IMG/VR virus record: IMGVR_UViG_3300020045_007777
Coordinates: 37,741-101,740 of that record
Direction: 5' to 3' (one strand)
DNA from: a virus
Taxonomy: Duplodnaviria; Heunggongvirae; Uroviricota; Caudoviricetes; Crassvirales
Length of the DNA: 64,000 nt
Part shown: one piece after another, positions 20,532 to 31,505 of the stretch
How positions within the stretch are numbered: position 1 is the first letter of the stretch
Layout: each line of letters starts with the position of its first letter
Translations under genes and position numbers: made by a program
The notes under the pieces: generated by a model
What the model saw: only the letters and a program-made list of their open reading frames with translations
What the model was told of the DNA's origin: nothing
Databases searched by the model: none

Positions 20532-22052
20532 TTATGACTGATATATAATACTTGGTATTAATGATGCAGTTCTTGATGGATCTTTTACCATAGCACCTTG
20601 CATAGCGTAAGCTGTGATTGTAGCACTATCTTCCATTCTACCCATATTTCCAGATCCTCTTTCACCAGTGAAAGGATTTCTAAAACCAGCTTGGTAACCA
20701 CGAATTTCTTCCATATCACGTACAGCTACTTTTTGGATATTAGGCTCTTCAGTTGAACCAATATAAAGAATATCATATCTATAAGATTCAGCAACACCAC
20801 CATCTGGATGAGGTACTTTATTTCTTACTTTATCATCATACATTGGATCTACCTCAACCATTACTTTAATAGAGTTAGCAAACTCATATTCTGTAAATTG
20901 GTAACCTGCTTTAAAAGCATTTGAATGAAGTGGTGAACTTACTTTTTGAACAACAGCTGGGTTGTTTTGAGAAAGTTCTCTCCAAGCTTGTCCTTCACGA
21001 TTAATTGCTTGACTAAATTGTTTAGCTCCACGTTCACCTGTACGAAGTACAAATACTCTTTCTTTAAAGTCTAACTTACCTTCTGAAAGTTCATGCAACA
21101 TATCTTCCAAAATTCTCAAAGAGAAAATGTTATATGTAACAATATTTGAAACTTCCATTTGTTCTCTAATACCAGAACCAGATTCAATTTTAAATCCTGA
21201 TTTACCAACATTCAAGAAAGTACCATCTTCAGCTCTGTTTGATTTACCAAACATAATATTGTATGCTTTCAATCTTGACAAGTGTTGCTCAAATCTCCAA
21301 TAGATTTCTTGCATCCATGTATTAGATGTTCTTAGTTTACCAGCATTATCAAGTGATTCAATTTTAGCATAGAATACATCTGTAGCATTCAATTTGCAAT
21401 TAATCATATTACCTGGTACAGTTGTTTCAACACGAAGTTGTGACATTGTATTTTTCAATGTATATGGAGAACTGAAATTAATATCAGCACCTTTAATAGA
21501 CATTGTTCTTTCAACTGGAGCACCTTCAATAGAGAATCTTTCTCCTGTTAAAAGTTCAGAACCTGGTACACCTTGATATGTTTCAGGACCACCCCATACT
21601 TCTGCAGTATATACATAAGGTCCATTAGGTCCTTCTGGTTTACCATCAGATAACATACGATATTGATACACATCAGGTTTACTACCTGCAATTACGTGAA
21701 CGTCTGTAAAATATTTTTCAGCGAATACTAGTTCAATTTCAGTACGATTAGCACCTACATTATCAGTATCTTCTGTTACTACAGCTCCTTCAAATCTTGC
21801 TTCAATAAGTGGAATATTACGTTCATGCGAACCAACCATTTTCCAAATGAAATCTCCTTCATCTTCAAGATATTTAACAGGGAACATGTTAAGTACAGTA
21901 TCAAGATTTTTCATTCCTGCTTGTGCTAACAATATACCTGTAATCTGAGATGCAACCATCGGTCTAGTAGCATAGATCTGACCTAAGTGATTTCTAGTTG
22001 TTAATCCTGACCAATATTGTCCTTTAGTCATTACAAATTTACCTACACTCAT
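20532..22052 (-). CDS. Major capsid protein (HK97-fold candidate)
   Basis: 506 aa. It follows the portal and scaffold genes in the canonical order and is followed by a terminator. Its composition is typical of major capsid proteins. Confidence 0.65.
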   Translation of the reverse strand: MSVGKFVMTKGQYWSGLTTRNHLGQIYATRPMVASQITGILLAQAGMKNLDTVLNMFPVKYLEDEGDFIWKMVGSHERNIPLIEARFEGAVVTEDTDNVGANRTEIELVFAEKYFTDVHVIAGSKPDVYQYRMLSDGKPEGPNGPYVYTAEVWGGPETYQGVPGSELLTGERFSIEGAPVERTMSIKGADINFSSPYTLKNTMSQLRVETTVPGNMINCKLNATDVFYAKIESLDNAGKLRTSNTWMQEIYWRFEQHLSRLKAYNIMFGKSNRAEDGTFLNVGKSGFKIESGSGIREQMEVSNIVTYNIFSLRILEDMLHELSEGKLDFKERVFVLRTGERGAKQFSQAINREGQAWRELSQNNPAVVQKVSSPLHSNAFKAGYQFTEYEFANSIKVMVEVDPMYDDKVRNKVPHPDGGVAESYRYDILYIGSTEEPNIQKVAVRDMEEIRGYQAGFRNPFTGERGSGNMGRMEDSATITAYAMQGAMVKDPSRTASLIPSIIYQS

Positions 22053-22085
22053 AATTTAATTTAGTTATTTATTTTTAATTTTAAT

Positions 22086-23216
22086 TTAGTAAACTAGTTT
22101 ATCACCTATTTCAAAATCTGAAGAATTAGGATCATCAAGGAATGATTCATTCCCACCAGCTAAAACATGTTTATTATTTTTTAATATTTTGTCAAAATCA
22201 GTAGACATTTTTTTAGTTTCCTGTTTTGCAAACATACTGAAATCTGTAAATCCTTTAGATAACGTAAAGACAGTATATAATTTTTGTGAAAATTCTTTAT
22301 TTTCTCTTTGCTCTTTCATAAGAGCGTTTTCTTCGACACCTGTTACAGGATTCTTACTAACTGGTGTCATCATAGATTTTAAAACTTCTTTTCTATGTAC
22401 ATCATTTAATTTTAAACCTGGAATAGGTTCTTCTGATTCTAATATTCTTTTTTCAAGAGCTTTCAAATCATCAGCTTTTTGTTTTACAAGTTTAGCTTTT
22501 TCATTCTTTTCAAATTCAACTTGTTCATTAAATCTTTCTTTAACACCTTGTTTAATATTTTCTAATGCTTCTTTAGCATCTTCAATATCATCATCAGCTT
22601 CAATACTTCTATTAGTAAACTTTGTTGCTTTTTCTTCAGTGTATCCTTTATTAATAAAATCTTGATAAATAAGATCAAATCTTAATTGTTGATTTTCTTG
22701 AATAACATCTTCAGTAATTGAATCAAGTTCTTGTTCAGTTTGTTTTTGTTGTTTAAATGTCTCAACATTAACTCCTGCTCTAAAAGCTTCTACAGCTTCT
22801 TTTTGTAAATCTGATAAATCAGCTAATTCTTTTGCTTTAACTTCTGCTATAATAAGATCTGCAATTCCTTGCTCATCTTTAACATCATCAAGCTTTGATG
22901 AATCTACAGAGGTGAGAACACCTTTTTCCATTAACATTGACGCCAAGGATTTGTATAAAGGGGGAGAAGAATTATCAACGTCATCATTATGATTGGCGTC
23001 ATCATCCTCTGTATTCCCGACTACTCCCTCTGGATTTACACCCTCGTCGTTATTATCATCATTATTTTGTTCATCATCTTGATTATCATTATCATCATCA
23101 AGATCTGTATTTTTTAGTTCATAATCATTTGGATCAGGTTGATTATTATTTTGATCTTCATCTTCATAAAAATCATCACCTAGAAACAAATTCATTCCTA
23201 ATTCATCTTCGTTCAT
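22086..23216 (-). CDS. Scaffolding protein
   Basis: 376 aa with a highly acidic D/N/E N-terminus and a long coiled-coil, K/E-rich body. It lies between the portal and capsid genes. Confidence 0.55.
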   Translation of the reverse strand: MNEDELGMNLFLGDDFYEDEDQNNNQPDPNDYELKNTDLDDDNDNQDDEQNNDDNNDEGVNPEGVVGNTEDDDANHNDDVDNSSPPLYKSLASMLMEKGVLTSVDSSKLDDVKDEQGIADLIIAEVKAKELADLSDLQKEAVEAFRAGVNVETFKQQKQTEQELDSITEDVIQENQQLRFDLIYQDFINKGYTEEKATKFTNRSIEADDDIEDAKEALENIKQGVKERFNEQVEFEKNEKAKLVKQKADDLKALEKRILESEEPIPGLKLNDVHRKEVLKSMMTPVSKNPVTGVEENALMKEQRENKEFSQKLYTVFTLSKGFTDFSMFAKQETKKMSTDFDKILKNNKHVLAGGNESFLDDPNSSDFEIGDKLVY

Positions 23217-23301
23217 ATTTCCCCTTTTTAAATATTTAACAAATATAGTATAAAATATAAAATTTTAATCAAAAAATTACAAATCCTATATGGCTAACAC
23301 A

Positions 23302-25680
23302 TTATGTTGTACTAGCCTTTTTTTGTTTAGATACTGCAATTTTCTTATCTTCTTTTTCCATTTTATCTTTATGCATAGTCATAGCATCTTGCATAGCTTT
23401 CATCTTAATCATTATATCATCTTTATGTTTTTGATAATCAAAATCACTTGGTTCATCAGATGAATCATCTGTAACACCTAAAGCCATTTGTTTATCATTA
23501 GATTGTATAATTGCTTTTTGAATTTCAGTTTCTGCTTTAGTATCTATTTCATATACTTTCAATTCTCTTTCAGCCAATTTATCAGCTTGTTCAGCTTCTA
23601 TTTGAGCTATAGCAGTTTTATTTCTATCTTCTTCAATTTTAGCATTTCTTTCATTCATCTCATCTTCAGCATTTTCAATTTTTTTACGAATATCTGCTAA
23701 TGATTGTGAACTTAATAAATCTATAACTGTTGTATAAGAACCACCATTTTGTAAAAATGCTTGGGCTAATGTTTCTAAAGTATCTCTTACTTTTTTAACA
23801 CTACTTCCAGTAGTTACCATTAATCCATAATCTGCTTCATTAATTTCATTACCATCAATATCTAAAATTAATATAGATCCATCATCAGTAATAGATTGAA
23901 GTTTTTTCTTATTATCTCTTAATGCTATTTTAGCTGTTTCTAAAAATACACTTAAACATCTTTTCTTAACATCTTCATGTTTCATAAACCACCATTCAGT
24001 GATATGAGATGATTGTGTAACAGCTCTTTCAGTACCACCTACAGTTTCTTTATTAGATACGTTACCTTCACGTTGTTTAGATATACCTGCAATTTCACCC
24101 ATTTCCATTTTAACAAACTCTAATAAGTTTATATGTTGTTGAATGTAATTACCTGTTTCCAAATCAATAGCTCTAATATTAGTACCATTCATTTGACCTG
24201 AAAGTTTACCTTGAGATGCTCCTGCATTTCCTTCTTTAAAACCATCAATAACTCCAATACCTAATTTAGTTGCTTGAGCAATCCATTTTTCTGGTTCCCA
24301 ACCATCTGGTACTAAAGACATATCAAGTAAAAGAATTTTACCAAGATTTTTAGCAATTGCTAAATTAAGTCTATCCCATAATACATCATATAAATATTGA
24401 TAATTTTTCATTTTATCAACTAATGATACAGAACGACCTTGATTAGTATTATAAACTTCTCCTATAATTCCTGGATGACAAACAGAAGGATTACTCATTC
24501 TATTATATTGTACAGGTTTAGGACGCATTCTTATATATATATCTTTAGCAATCTTAGTACCTTCCCACCATTCATTAACCCAATAGGTAGTTACTTCTTC
24601 ACCTAAATCTTCATTAGGTATATATTCTTCTGATACATATTTATAATCTTTTTCACCATATTCATCATAAAATTTTAATTTGAATATTTTCTTTTGTGAA
24701 CGCCAATATACTCTAAGTATTCTTAAATTACCTGATGAATCAATATAATCAGATGTAAACTGATGTCCATTAATTTCAGCTAAATTTAAATAACTATTAA
24801 TAACATCTTCACCATTATCTCTCAATAATAAATGATTTTCATCATCAGTAGTATATTTTCCTTGACCATTAGCATTACTAGTAGAATAATCTGTAATTTG
24901 ATCTAATTCAGAACCTTTAAGTTCATCATAAAAAGTATCTATAATTTGTCCAGGTGACCAATGATCTTCAATTACAATTAAATCAGAATCTTCAATTTTA
25001 GATGAATTACCTGATCTAACAGAGTGAACCTTTAAATTATTTAAAATTTCAAATGTAGGTTCTCCTGATACTATATCACATTGATAAATTTCTTCAGCAT
25101 TAATAAAAGCTTGTTTAAGACCTTCATTAAATTTAGATTTAAAATTTAATTCTTCATAATAGTGTTTCATCAAATGATTAACCATTCGTTCACGACTATC
25201 TTGAAATTCATATTTTAAATATTTATTAAATTTTATAAGTTCTTTATTAGCTTCTTCTTCAGATAATCCTTGTTGTATTAATGATACTAATTTTTCTCTT
25301 ATAATAGTAGCTTTTTCTTTTTCCTTTTTAGATATTGCATCTGGATTAGTTACTGTAAAAAACCAATCAAATGGTCTATTAATTTCTTCTCCAACTAATA
25401 CATCTATTTTAGGAACCATTATAGGGTGATGTGGAATTTGTCTTGTAATAAATTCAGCATCAATACCTTGTGGATTTAATGTATTAGCAATATCTGTTGG
25501 TGATACTATACCATTATATAAGTTAAGATTAATTACTCTATTTCTTAAAGTTTGTCTTACTCGTTCATTATTATAAAAAGAATACTTATCAGCATGATCA
25601 ACATTATTTTTTCTCCATTCTTTACCTTTCTGTGAAAAAGATAATTTTTGGCGAGGCATTTTAGATATTACTGTTGACAT
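23302..25680 (-). CDS. Portal protein candidate
   Basis: 792 aa between the terminase and scaffold genes, with a C-terminal charged helical region. Confidence 0.5.
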   Translation of the reverse strand: MSTVISKMPRQKLSFSQKGKEWRKNNVDHADKYSFYNNERVRQTLRNRVINLNLYNGIVSPTDIANTLNPQGIDAEFITRQIPHHPIMVPKIDVLVGEEINRPFDWFFTVTNPDAISKKEKEKATIIREKLVSLIQQGLSEEEANKELIKFNKYLKYEFQDSRERMVNHLMKHYYEELNFKSKFNEGLKQAFINAEEIYQCDIVSGEPTFEILNNLKVHSVRSGNSSKIEDSDLIVIEDHWSPGQIIDTFYDELKGSELDQITDYSTSNANGQGKYTTDDENHLLLRDNGEDVINSYLNLAEINGHQFTSDYIDSSGNLRILRVYWRSQKKIFKLKFYDEYGEKDYKYVSEEYIPNEDLGEEVTTYWVNEWWEGTKIAKDIYIRMRPKPVQYNRMSNPSVCHPGIIGEVYNTNQGRSVSLVDKMKNYQYLYDVLWDRLNLAIAKNLGKILLLDMSLVPDGWEPEKWIAQATKLGIGVIDGFKEGNAGASQGKLSGQMNGTNIRAIDLETGNYIQQHINLLEFVKMEMGEIAGISKQREGNVSNKETVGGTERAVTQSSHITEWWFMKHEDVKKRCLSVFLETAKIALRDNKKKLQSITDDGSILILDIDGNEINEADYGLMVTTGSSVKKVRDTLETLAQAFLQNGGSYTTVIDLLSSQSLADIRKKIENAEDEMNERNAKIEEDRNKTAIAQIEAEQADKLAERELKVYEIDTKAETEIQKAIIQSNDKQMALGVTDDSSDEPSDFDYQKHKDDIMIKMKAMQDAMTMHKDKMEKEDKKIAVSKQKKASTT

Positions 25681-25763
25681 ATTTTAATTTTATTAATTTG
25701 TAAATATACTTAATTAATGAAAAATTTATTAATAATTTTAAACTCTTAAAATGGCTAACATGT

Positions 25764-28067
25764 TTAATCATCTAATATACTTATATTTTGTTCATCAAAT
25801 ATACTTTTATATTTTTCTTTTATATTTCCTGTTTTATTTCCATATACTCCTTCAAAGAATTTACTATCAGCCCAAGATTTTTTAGTTTTAACAACTTCTT
25901 TTCTTAAAGACAATCTTTGACGTAATCTATCTTCTCTAAATATAAATAACATATTACCTGCAGAAACCCTATCAAAGTTACCATCCTCATTCCATTTCAT
26001 ACATTCTTCAATATATCCTAATGATCTAATAGTGTGTAAGTTAAGTTTTCTATTTTCAGTTCCATCTTCATTATTATAAGCTTCTGATAATTGCCAAGTA
26101 ACTTGTAATTGTCTACCCCAAGCATTAATAGGTTTTGTAGATCTTGTTCCTTTAGGATTAGACATAGATGGTTTTAACATATCCATATCTTTTAATATTT
26201 CAGGAGTATCTGCTAAATAATGTAAAGCATTCTTATGTTTAAAATAAGTATGCAAACCTTTTAAGTTATTTTCATAATTAGCTTGACAATTATAAAACAT
26301 ACATAATTTTAATGCAATTTCATAACATTGTTCAGCTTTAGCATATCTACCTGTATATTCAGCAACAATTCTATCTGTAAGTAAATCCATTACTAATATA
26401 CTAAATAAAGATTTACCTTCATCAGCATCAATTGGATCAATCCCTGCAATATATCTACCTGACTGTATTCTACCATCAGCACCTCTTTTAGGTAATTCAA
26501 ATATCTCTACAGCACCTTGTCTATTTTTATCAACTTCATGAGTCCTAAGAGGTTTTAAATCTGCATTAGGTTTCCATATAACTCCTAATACTGGATCATA
26601 TATTAAATCTCCAACATAATGTTGTCCAATAAATCTAGCTTCTTCTGGTTTAATACTTTGTAAATAATCACTTAAATCTGCAACAGGAAATATTGTACCT
26701 TCTACACGCATAATAGCTTCTTGTGGTGTAATAGGTTTTTCTGCTCTAGCTTGTGTTAATGGTGCTGGATCATTTGAATTACTAGCAATCTTATGTCTAT
26801 TTTCAATGATCTCAAACATAGCTTTGATTACATCAGGTTCACCAGTTATTTCATCATAACATCTATGTCTATTCATATAAGCTCCCCAAAAGAATCCACA
26901 TTTAGCACCACCTTGAACATTCTTATCATAAACATTATCAACTGAATATATGTTATATGCATCTGGTTCATAGAATAGTTTTCTAGAACCTTCAAAAGAA
27001 GCTCCTTCTGTACCACCTGTACCACCTGCCATCATAAATCCAAATGATGAACTACCTGATTCAACAGCTTCTCTATTTACACCCCATGCAGTTATTAAAT
27101 CTGGGAATAAACCATCTTCTTCATATTGAATAAAAGGTCCACGAATACCCCTAGCTTTCTCAGGATTATCTTTTAATGATATTCCATTCACTGAAGATAA
27201 TAATCCTTTACGTAATCCATCTTCAGAATAACCAAATTGTATCTCCATAGATCTGATAGAGTCTGTAAGTTTTAAAGATGGTAGTGGAGTATTTTTTGCA
27301 ATATAATCTAAATTATCTACAACTTTACCAAATACACCTTTATCCCCTAATAAGAAAGTTTTTTCAGAAGCTAAGTGAAAATTAACATTACCCGTACCAG
27401 GAAATATATACATATTACAAGGAGATATAGCAGCTGCTTTAAATGACCAACCACAACCCCTCATTTTAAGTAATTTACCATGTTGACCTTCTTTTCTAGC
27501 TTGATCTACATAATGAAAAAATAAATAATCTCCTAACCAAGGTTTTGGAAATTCACTTTTTCTTTCAGCCTGTTGTCTTTTCTTTTTCTTATTATTATTT
27601 TCATTTTCTTCAACTAACCATATTTTAGTATAATTCCAATAAAAATATAAATAACCTGGAATCCATTCACCATCATAAGGTCTTACATATCCTTCTTTCC
27701 ATCTTCTCCCTTCTTCTTTCCAGAATAAAGCATATTCAGATTTAGGATTTCTACTTGGAGTTAAATTAGTATATCTACCATTATTTTTTTCAAAGAATAT
27801 AGCACGTTCTCTAAAAAAATCCATATCTTCAAGAATATGAGGTTTAGTTATATCAACTATAATTCTATCATCATCAAATGTTTTATTTTCATCATCATCA
27901 TTTAAATCAGAATATTTAGGTCTATCTTTTGCATACCCTCTAATTTCTTCAGGTTGAATTAAATGTTTAATAAAAGGAATAGTTTCAATATATTCTAATA
28001 TCTCGTCTCGTATTTTTTTAGGAATTTGATCTATAATATCACTTTGATATTTATTCATATTTATCAT
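25764..28067 (-). CDS. Terminase large subunit candidate
   Basis: 767 aa. The C-terminal YIAGIDPIDADEGKS...MDLLTDRIV resembles the RNase-H-like terminase nuclease motif. It sits upstream of the portal gene. The N-terminal ATPase motifs are atypical. Confidence 0.55.
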   Translation of the reverse strand: MINMNKYQSDIIDQIPKKIRDEILEYIETIPFIKHLIQPEEIRGYAKDRPKYSDLNDDDENKTFDDDRIIVDITKPHILEDMDFFRERAIFFEKNNGRYTNLTPSRNPKSEYALFWKEEGRRWKEGYVRPYDGEWIPGYLYFYWNYTKIWLVEENENNNKKKKRQQAERKSEFPKPWLGDYLFFHYVDQARKEGQHGKLLKMRGCGWSFKAAAISPCNMYIFPGTGNVNFHLASEKTFLLGDKGVFGKVVDNLDYIAKNTPLPSLKLTDSIRSMEIQFGYSEDGLRKGLLSSVNGISLKDNPEKARGIRGPFIQYEEDGLFPDLITAWGVNREAVESGSSSFGFMMAGGTGGTEGASFEGSRKLFYEPDAYNIYSVDNVYDKNVQGGAKCGFFWGAYMNRHRCYDEITGEPDVIKAMFEIIENRHKIASNSNDPAPLTQARAEKPITPQEAIMRVEGTIFPVADLSDYLQSIKPEEARFIGQHYVGDLIYDPVLGVIWKPNADLKPLRTHEVDKNRQGAVEIFELPKRGADGRIQSGRYIAGIDPIDADEGKSLFSILVMDLLTDRIVAEYTGRYAKAEQCYEIALKLCMFYNCQANYENNLKGLHTYFKHKNALHYLADTPEILKDMDMLKPSMSNPKGTRSTKPINAWGRQLQVTWQLSEAYNNEDGTENRKLNLHTIRSLGYIEECMKWNEDGNFDRVSAGNMLFIFREDRLRQRLSLRKEVVKTKKSWADSKFFEGVYGNKTGNIKEKYKSIFDEQNISILDD

Positions 28068-28082
28068 AGTAGTAATTTAAAA

Positions 28083-28625
28083 TTAAAATATTCCATCTTC
28101 AAATATATTCTTATCTTTAGAACCAACTTTACTAGATTGTTCAACTTGTTGTTTAACAACACTAGTTTGTAATTTTTCTAATGATGATACAATATTAGGC
28201 ATTTGTGCTAAACCTTTACTTACTTTTTCTATATCAGCAATACTTAAACTATCTGATTCAACAATAGTTCTCATCTTATTAGAAAGTGTATTTGCAATAA
28301 ATAAACTATTATCTAAAATTGTTGATGATACAGTTGTACTTCTTTTCTTATAATATTCAATAGCTTCATCTACTAATTTAGATCTTTTCCATTTTTTAAT
28401 ATCTAAACCTACATCACTTGCTACTTCTTCTTCACGTTGTTTATCATTTATAAGATATTGAAAATCTGATTTAATATCAGTATAATGCCATATAAATGCT
28501 AATTCCTTAATAGCCAATTCTTTATCTTTAGACTTATCAGAGTCTATAATATTCTTGAATGGTATTAAGGAATAAGCTTCTTCGGAAATAGTTAATTTCC
28601 AATCTTTCATTTCAAATAATTTCAT
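28083..28625 (-). CDS. Hypothetical protein
   Basis: 180-aa ORF. Confidence 0.5.
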   Translation of the reverse strand: MKLFEMKDWKLTISEEAYSLIPFKNIIDSDKSKDKELAIKELAFIWHYTDIKSDFQYLINDKQREEEVASDVGLDIKKWKRSKLVDEAIEYYKKRSTTVSSTILDNSLFIANTLSNKMRTIVESDSLSIADIEKVSKGLAQMPNIVSSLEKLQTSVVKQQVEQSSKVGSKDKNIFEDGIF

Positions 28626-28876
28626 TTAAATCCTATTTTATTTGTTTCAGTTTGTGGACGTATTTTATTAATCCAATCTTTATAGTTACCTACAATTTTA
28701 TATTGTTTACCATACATATCCTCAATCAGTGTTACATTTTTAAAATAAGTCCCACGATCTGTTATCATAGGACTTATTGTATAAACTGCTTCTTTAGGTA
28801 GATCAACAGGAATAATTACATTACTTATTAAATCTCCTTCATCATTTTCAAAAGTTGTGTATCTTAATACAATCAT
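28622..28876 (-). CDS. Hypothetical protein
   Basis: 84-aa ORF, translationally coupled to its neighbours. Confidence 0.45.
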   Translation of the reverse strand: MIVLRYTTFENDEGDLISNVIIPVDLPKEAVYTISPMITDRGTYFKNVTLIEDMYGKQYKIVGNYKDWINKIRPQTETNKIGFK

Positions 28877-29403
28877 TAATACATTTTAATTTTACTAGAA
28901 TCAGTTATAACCAATGGTGCTACATCAGTTTCTTTTTCAGCAAACTTCATACCTTTTTTAGTTACATTTTGCATTTCTTTTTCTTTAGCTTCTTGTTCTA
29001 ATGTAAACTCAGCTAAAGTTTTAAATGATTTAGTAACTTCAGGTAAAGCATCATAATCAGGAATTGTTCCTTCTATCTCTCTAGAATTAATTTTAATATA
29101 AACAGTTTCATTTCCTGGTACACTAAAAAATGGAATTACAATTTGCTCTGACATCATATCTTGACCACCAATACCTGCTCTAATTGTAGATTGTTTTTTA
29201 ACTGTTTGAATAAAATTATTCATATTAAGCAATACATAATCACCTACATTTAAATTAATTACTCCTGGACCAATTGCAACTACTTGTTGTATTTCTTTAA
29301 TTTCAGGTGCTTGTTTCATTAACAAACCATTATCTTCTTTCTTTACTAAATTACTTGTTACAAGAATATATGAATCTCTTGGTATAAAATTAATCTTCTC
29401 CAT
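28876..29403 (-). CDS. GroES-like (co-chaperonin fold) protein
   Basis: IPRDSYILV and QVVAIGPGV...VGDYVLLN resemble GroES/gp31 motifs. Confidence 0.4.
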   Translation of the reverse strand: MEKINFIPRDSYILVTSNLVKKEDNGLLMKQAPEIKEIQQVVAIGPGVINLNVGDYVLLNMNNFIQTVKKQSTIRAGIGGQDMMSEQIVIPFFSVPGNETVYIKINSREIEGTIPDYDALPEVTKSFKTLAEFTLEQEAKEKEMQNVTKKGMKFAEKETDVAPLVITDSSKIKMY

Positions 29404-29683
29404 TTTCTATTTTATTTAATTTTTGTTGTTTTAAAAGAGTTATAGCTCTTAGTTTTTTTATTACATTCCACGTTGTAAACATTTTACCTAAATATTTAAA
29501 ATAAAATGTTGTTTTTAATTCATCAAACTCTTCTTCAGTTTGAATTGTTTTTAAAGGTAAACTACTTATAGTTTCTCTATAAAATTTAAATTGACTATTA
29601 AATATTTCTTCAACTACACTTTCAGGAAGACTATATTTTCTAGCTACTTCTTTTATTTTATATTTAAATTTTATATTAACCAT
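29390..29683 (-). CDS. Hypothetical protein
   Basis: 97-aa ORF. Confidence 0.45.
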   Translation of the reverse strand: MVNIKFKYKIKEVARKYSLPESVVEEIFNSQFKFYRETISSLPLKTIQTEEEFDELKTTFYFKYLGKMFTTWNVIKKLRAITLLKQQKLNKIENGED

Positions 29684-30059
29684 CTATTTCAAATTTATAT
29701 ATTAATGAAAATGAATTACTTTTATTTAAATCAATTATAGGAATAAAAGATTTATTAATCTTATTATCAACTATAACTTTATCTTTACGTAAAACTGTCA
29801 TCATATTTCTTAATACTTGATCTTGTGATATATTTAATTCTTCTTTAATCTTTGTTTTAGTATCATAGTCAAATGTTAACTTCCAAGCTAAATCATCATT
29901 ACTAATTTCTTTTTTAAATTCAAAATAATAATATAAAAATAAAGCTGTAACATTAATACTTTGAGTATTCATTTTATGTAAAGGTTGTGTAAGAACTAAC
30001 CAATGTTTAAAGAAGTTTTTACTAGTAGTTTTGATTAAAGCTTGTTTTGTATTACTCAT
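29676..30059 (-). CDS. Hypothetical protein
   Basis: 127-aa ORF. Confidence 0.45.
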   Translation of the reverse strand: MSNTKQALIKTTSKNFFKHWLVLTQPLHKMNTQSINVTALFLYYYFEFKKEISNDDLAWKLTFDYDTKTKIKEELNISQDQVLRNMMTVLRKDKVIVDNKINKSFIPIIDLNKSNSFSLIYKFEIDG

Positions 30060-30399
30060 CTATAATATCTTTATTTTTATATTTATTTAACCAATGAAAT
30101 ATAGTAGGATGTATTTCAGTTTCATTTAAACTATTTTTACATAATACACAAAACTCATTATTATATTCATCAATTTTAATTGTTAGTTCTTTACAATGTG
30201 CACAGCATATAACAGGTTCACTATCATAGTCTATTTTATTGTTCTTAAGTTTATTATCTAAATTCATAATAACTTCTGTATCAATTATAGGAAATGGACT
30301 CATACTATTTATTTGTTTAAAATAATTATTGAGTTTTTCCATTTCCTCTGTTCTAATTTTATTATCTTTCATATACTCTAATAGTGAGTTGCCATTCAT
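30052..30399 (-). CDS. Zinc-ribbon protein
   Basis: CCAHCKEL...CVLCKN Cys4 arrangement. Confidence 0.45.
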   Translation of the reverse strand: MNGNSLLEYMKDNKIRTEEMEKLNNYFKQINSMSPFPIIDTEVIMNLDNKLKNNKIDYDSEPVICCAHCKELTIKIDEYNNEFCVLCKNSLNETEIHPTIFHWLNKYKNKDIIDE

Positions 30400-30544
30400 T
30401 ATTTACCATTTGTTCTTCTTTAATATCAACAGTATGTTTTAAATCTTCTAATAATAATTTTATATTACTAAGAATATTATCTTTACGTTTGATTAAATCT
30501 TCTTTAGATTTAAAACTATTTTGATATTCTATTCCATTCATCAT
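30362..30544 (-). CDS. Small hypothetical protein
   Basis: 60-aa ORF overlapping its neighbour. Confidence 0.35.
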   Translation of the reverse strand: MMNGIEYQNSFKSKEDLIKRKDNILSNIKLLLEDLKHTVDIKEEQMVNNEWQLTIRVYER

Positions 30545-30561
30545 TCCAATATATAAAATTA

Positions 30562-31221
30562 TTATTTTTCATCTTCTAAATATTTAATTATATCTGTTAA
30601 TATAGAATTTCTATGATTAGCTGTTAATGTTTTAAATCCTACTAATCCAGAATCTTTTAATTTAAGTATTTTAAATAAACAAGAATTTTTATTAATAGAT
30701 TTATCTATTTGTTCTTTAGAACCACAAAATATCATTTTAGATCCTTCACCAAGTCTTGTAAGAATAGTTCTGAAATCATTATAATCCATATCTTGAAATT
30801 CATCTACAATAACTACAGACTTCATAAATGTTACACCTTTAGCTACTTCAATTGGCATAATTTTAATTAAACCTTCTTTCTGCATTTTATCAGTTTGTTC
30901 TTTACCTTGACAAACTTCTAAGTTTTGAATAATGGGATATGTATATGGAGCCATCTTTTCTTCTAATGTTCCTGGAAGAGCTGCTAAGTTATTTTTAAGC
31001 ATTGGTCTTGTAATCCATATATTATCAAATTGTTTCTTTCTAAAAGCTTTAATTGCTGTATGTACAGCTGCTAGAGATTTACCTGAACCAAAGTCACCAA
31101 GTAAGAAGTTAACATCATATTCATAAAACAATTTTACAAATTCTTTTTGTTCTTCATTTAAATCTACCTTAAGATTTGGTTCATTCTTTAAAGGTCTTTT
31201 TTCAGTATTAGGTGTAGCCAT
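30562..31221 (-). CDS. PhoH-like P-loop ATPase
   Basis: Walker A LLGDFGSGKSLAAV and Walker B VVIVDEFQDMD. The size and layout match PhoH family proteins. Confidence 0.6.
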   Translation of the reverse strand: MATPNTEKRPLKNEPNLKVDLNEEQKEFVKLFYEYDVNFLLGDFGSGKSLAAVHTAIKAFRKKQFDNIWITRPMLKNNLAALPGTLEEKMAPYTYPIIQNLEVCQGKEQTDKMQKEGLIKIMPIEVAKGVTFMKSVVIVDEFQDMDYNDFRTILTRLGEGSKMIFCGSKEQIDKSINKNSCLFKILKLKDSGLVGFKTLTANHRNSILTDIIKYLEDEK

Positions 31222-31505
31222 TAATCTATATTATTATTAATTTTATATTGTTCCCATTGTTCTTTAGACATAATATCTGGAAACCTATTTATATTACAAC
31301 TTTCTTTATTAAATATTTTACCTGGATAATCACAACCACATATAACACATTGCCTTTGAAGAGCACAGTCATTTTTACATAACTCTGCTCTATAGGCTAT
31401 TTGTTCTTGTTCATGTTGTGGTAGACCTACAACATTATTAAATATCATTCTACTATATCCACCAAAATAATTACTTAGATTCTTCAGTGTTATTTTCTTG
31501 CTCAT
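31221..31505 (-). CDS. Cysteine-rich small protein
   Basis: CKNDCALQRQCVICGCDYPGK. Confidence 0.45.
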   Translation of the reverse strand: MSKKITLKNLSNYFGGYSRMIFNNVVGLPQHEQEQIAYRAELCKNDCALQRQCVICGCDYPGKIFNKESCNINRFPDIMSKEQWEQYKINNNID

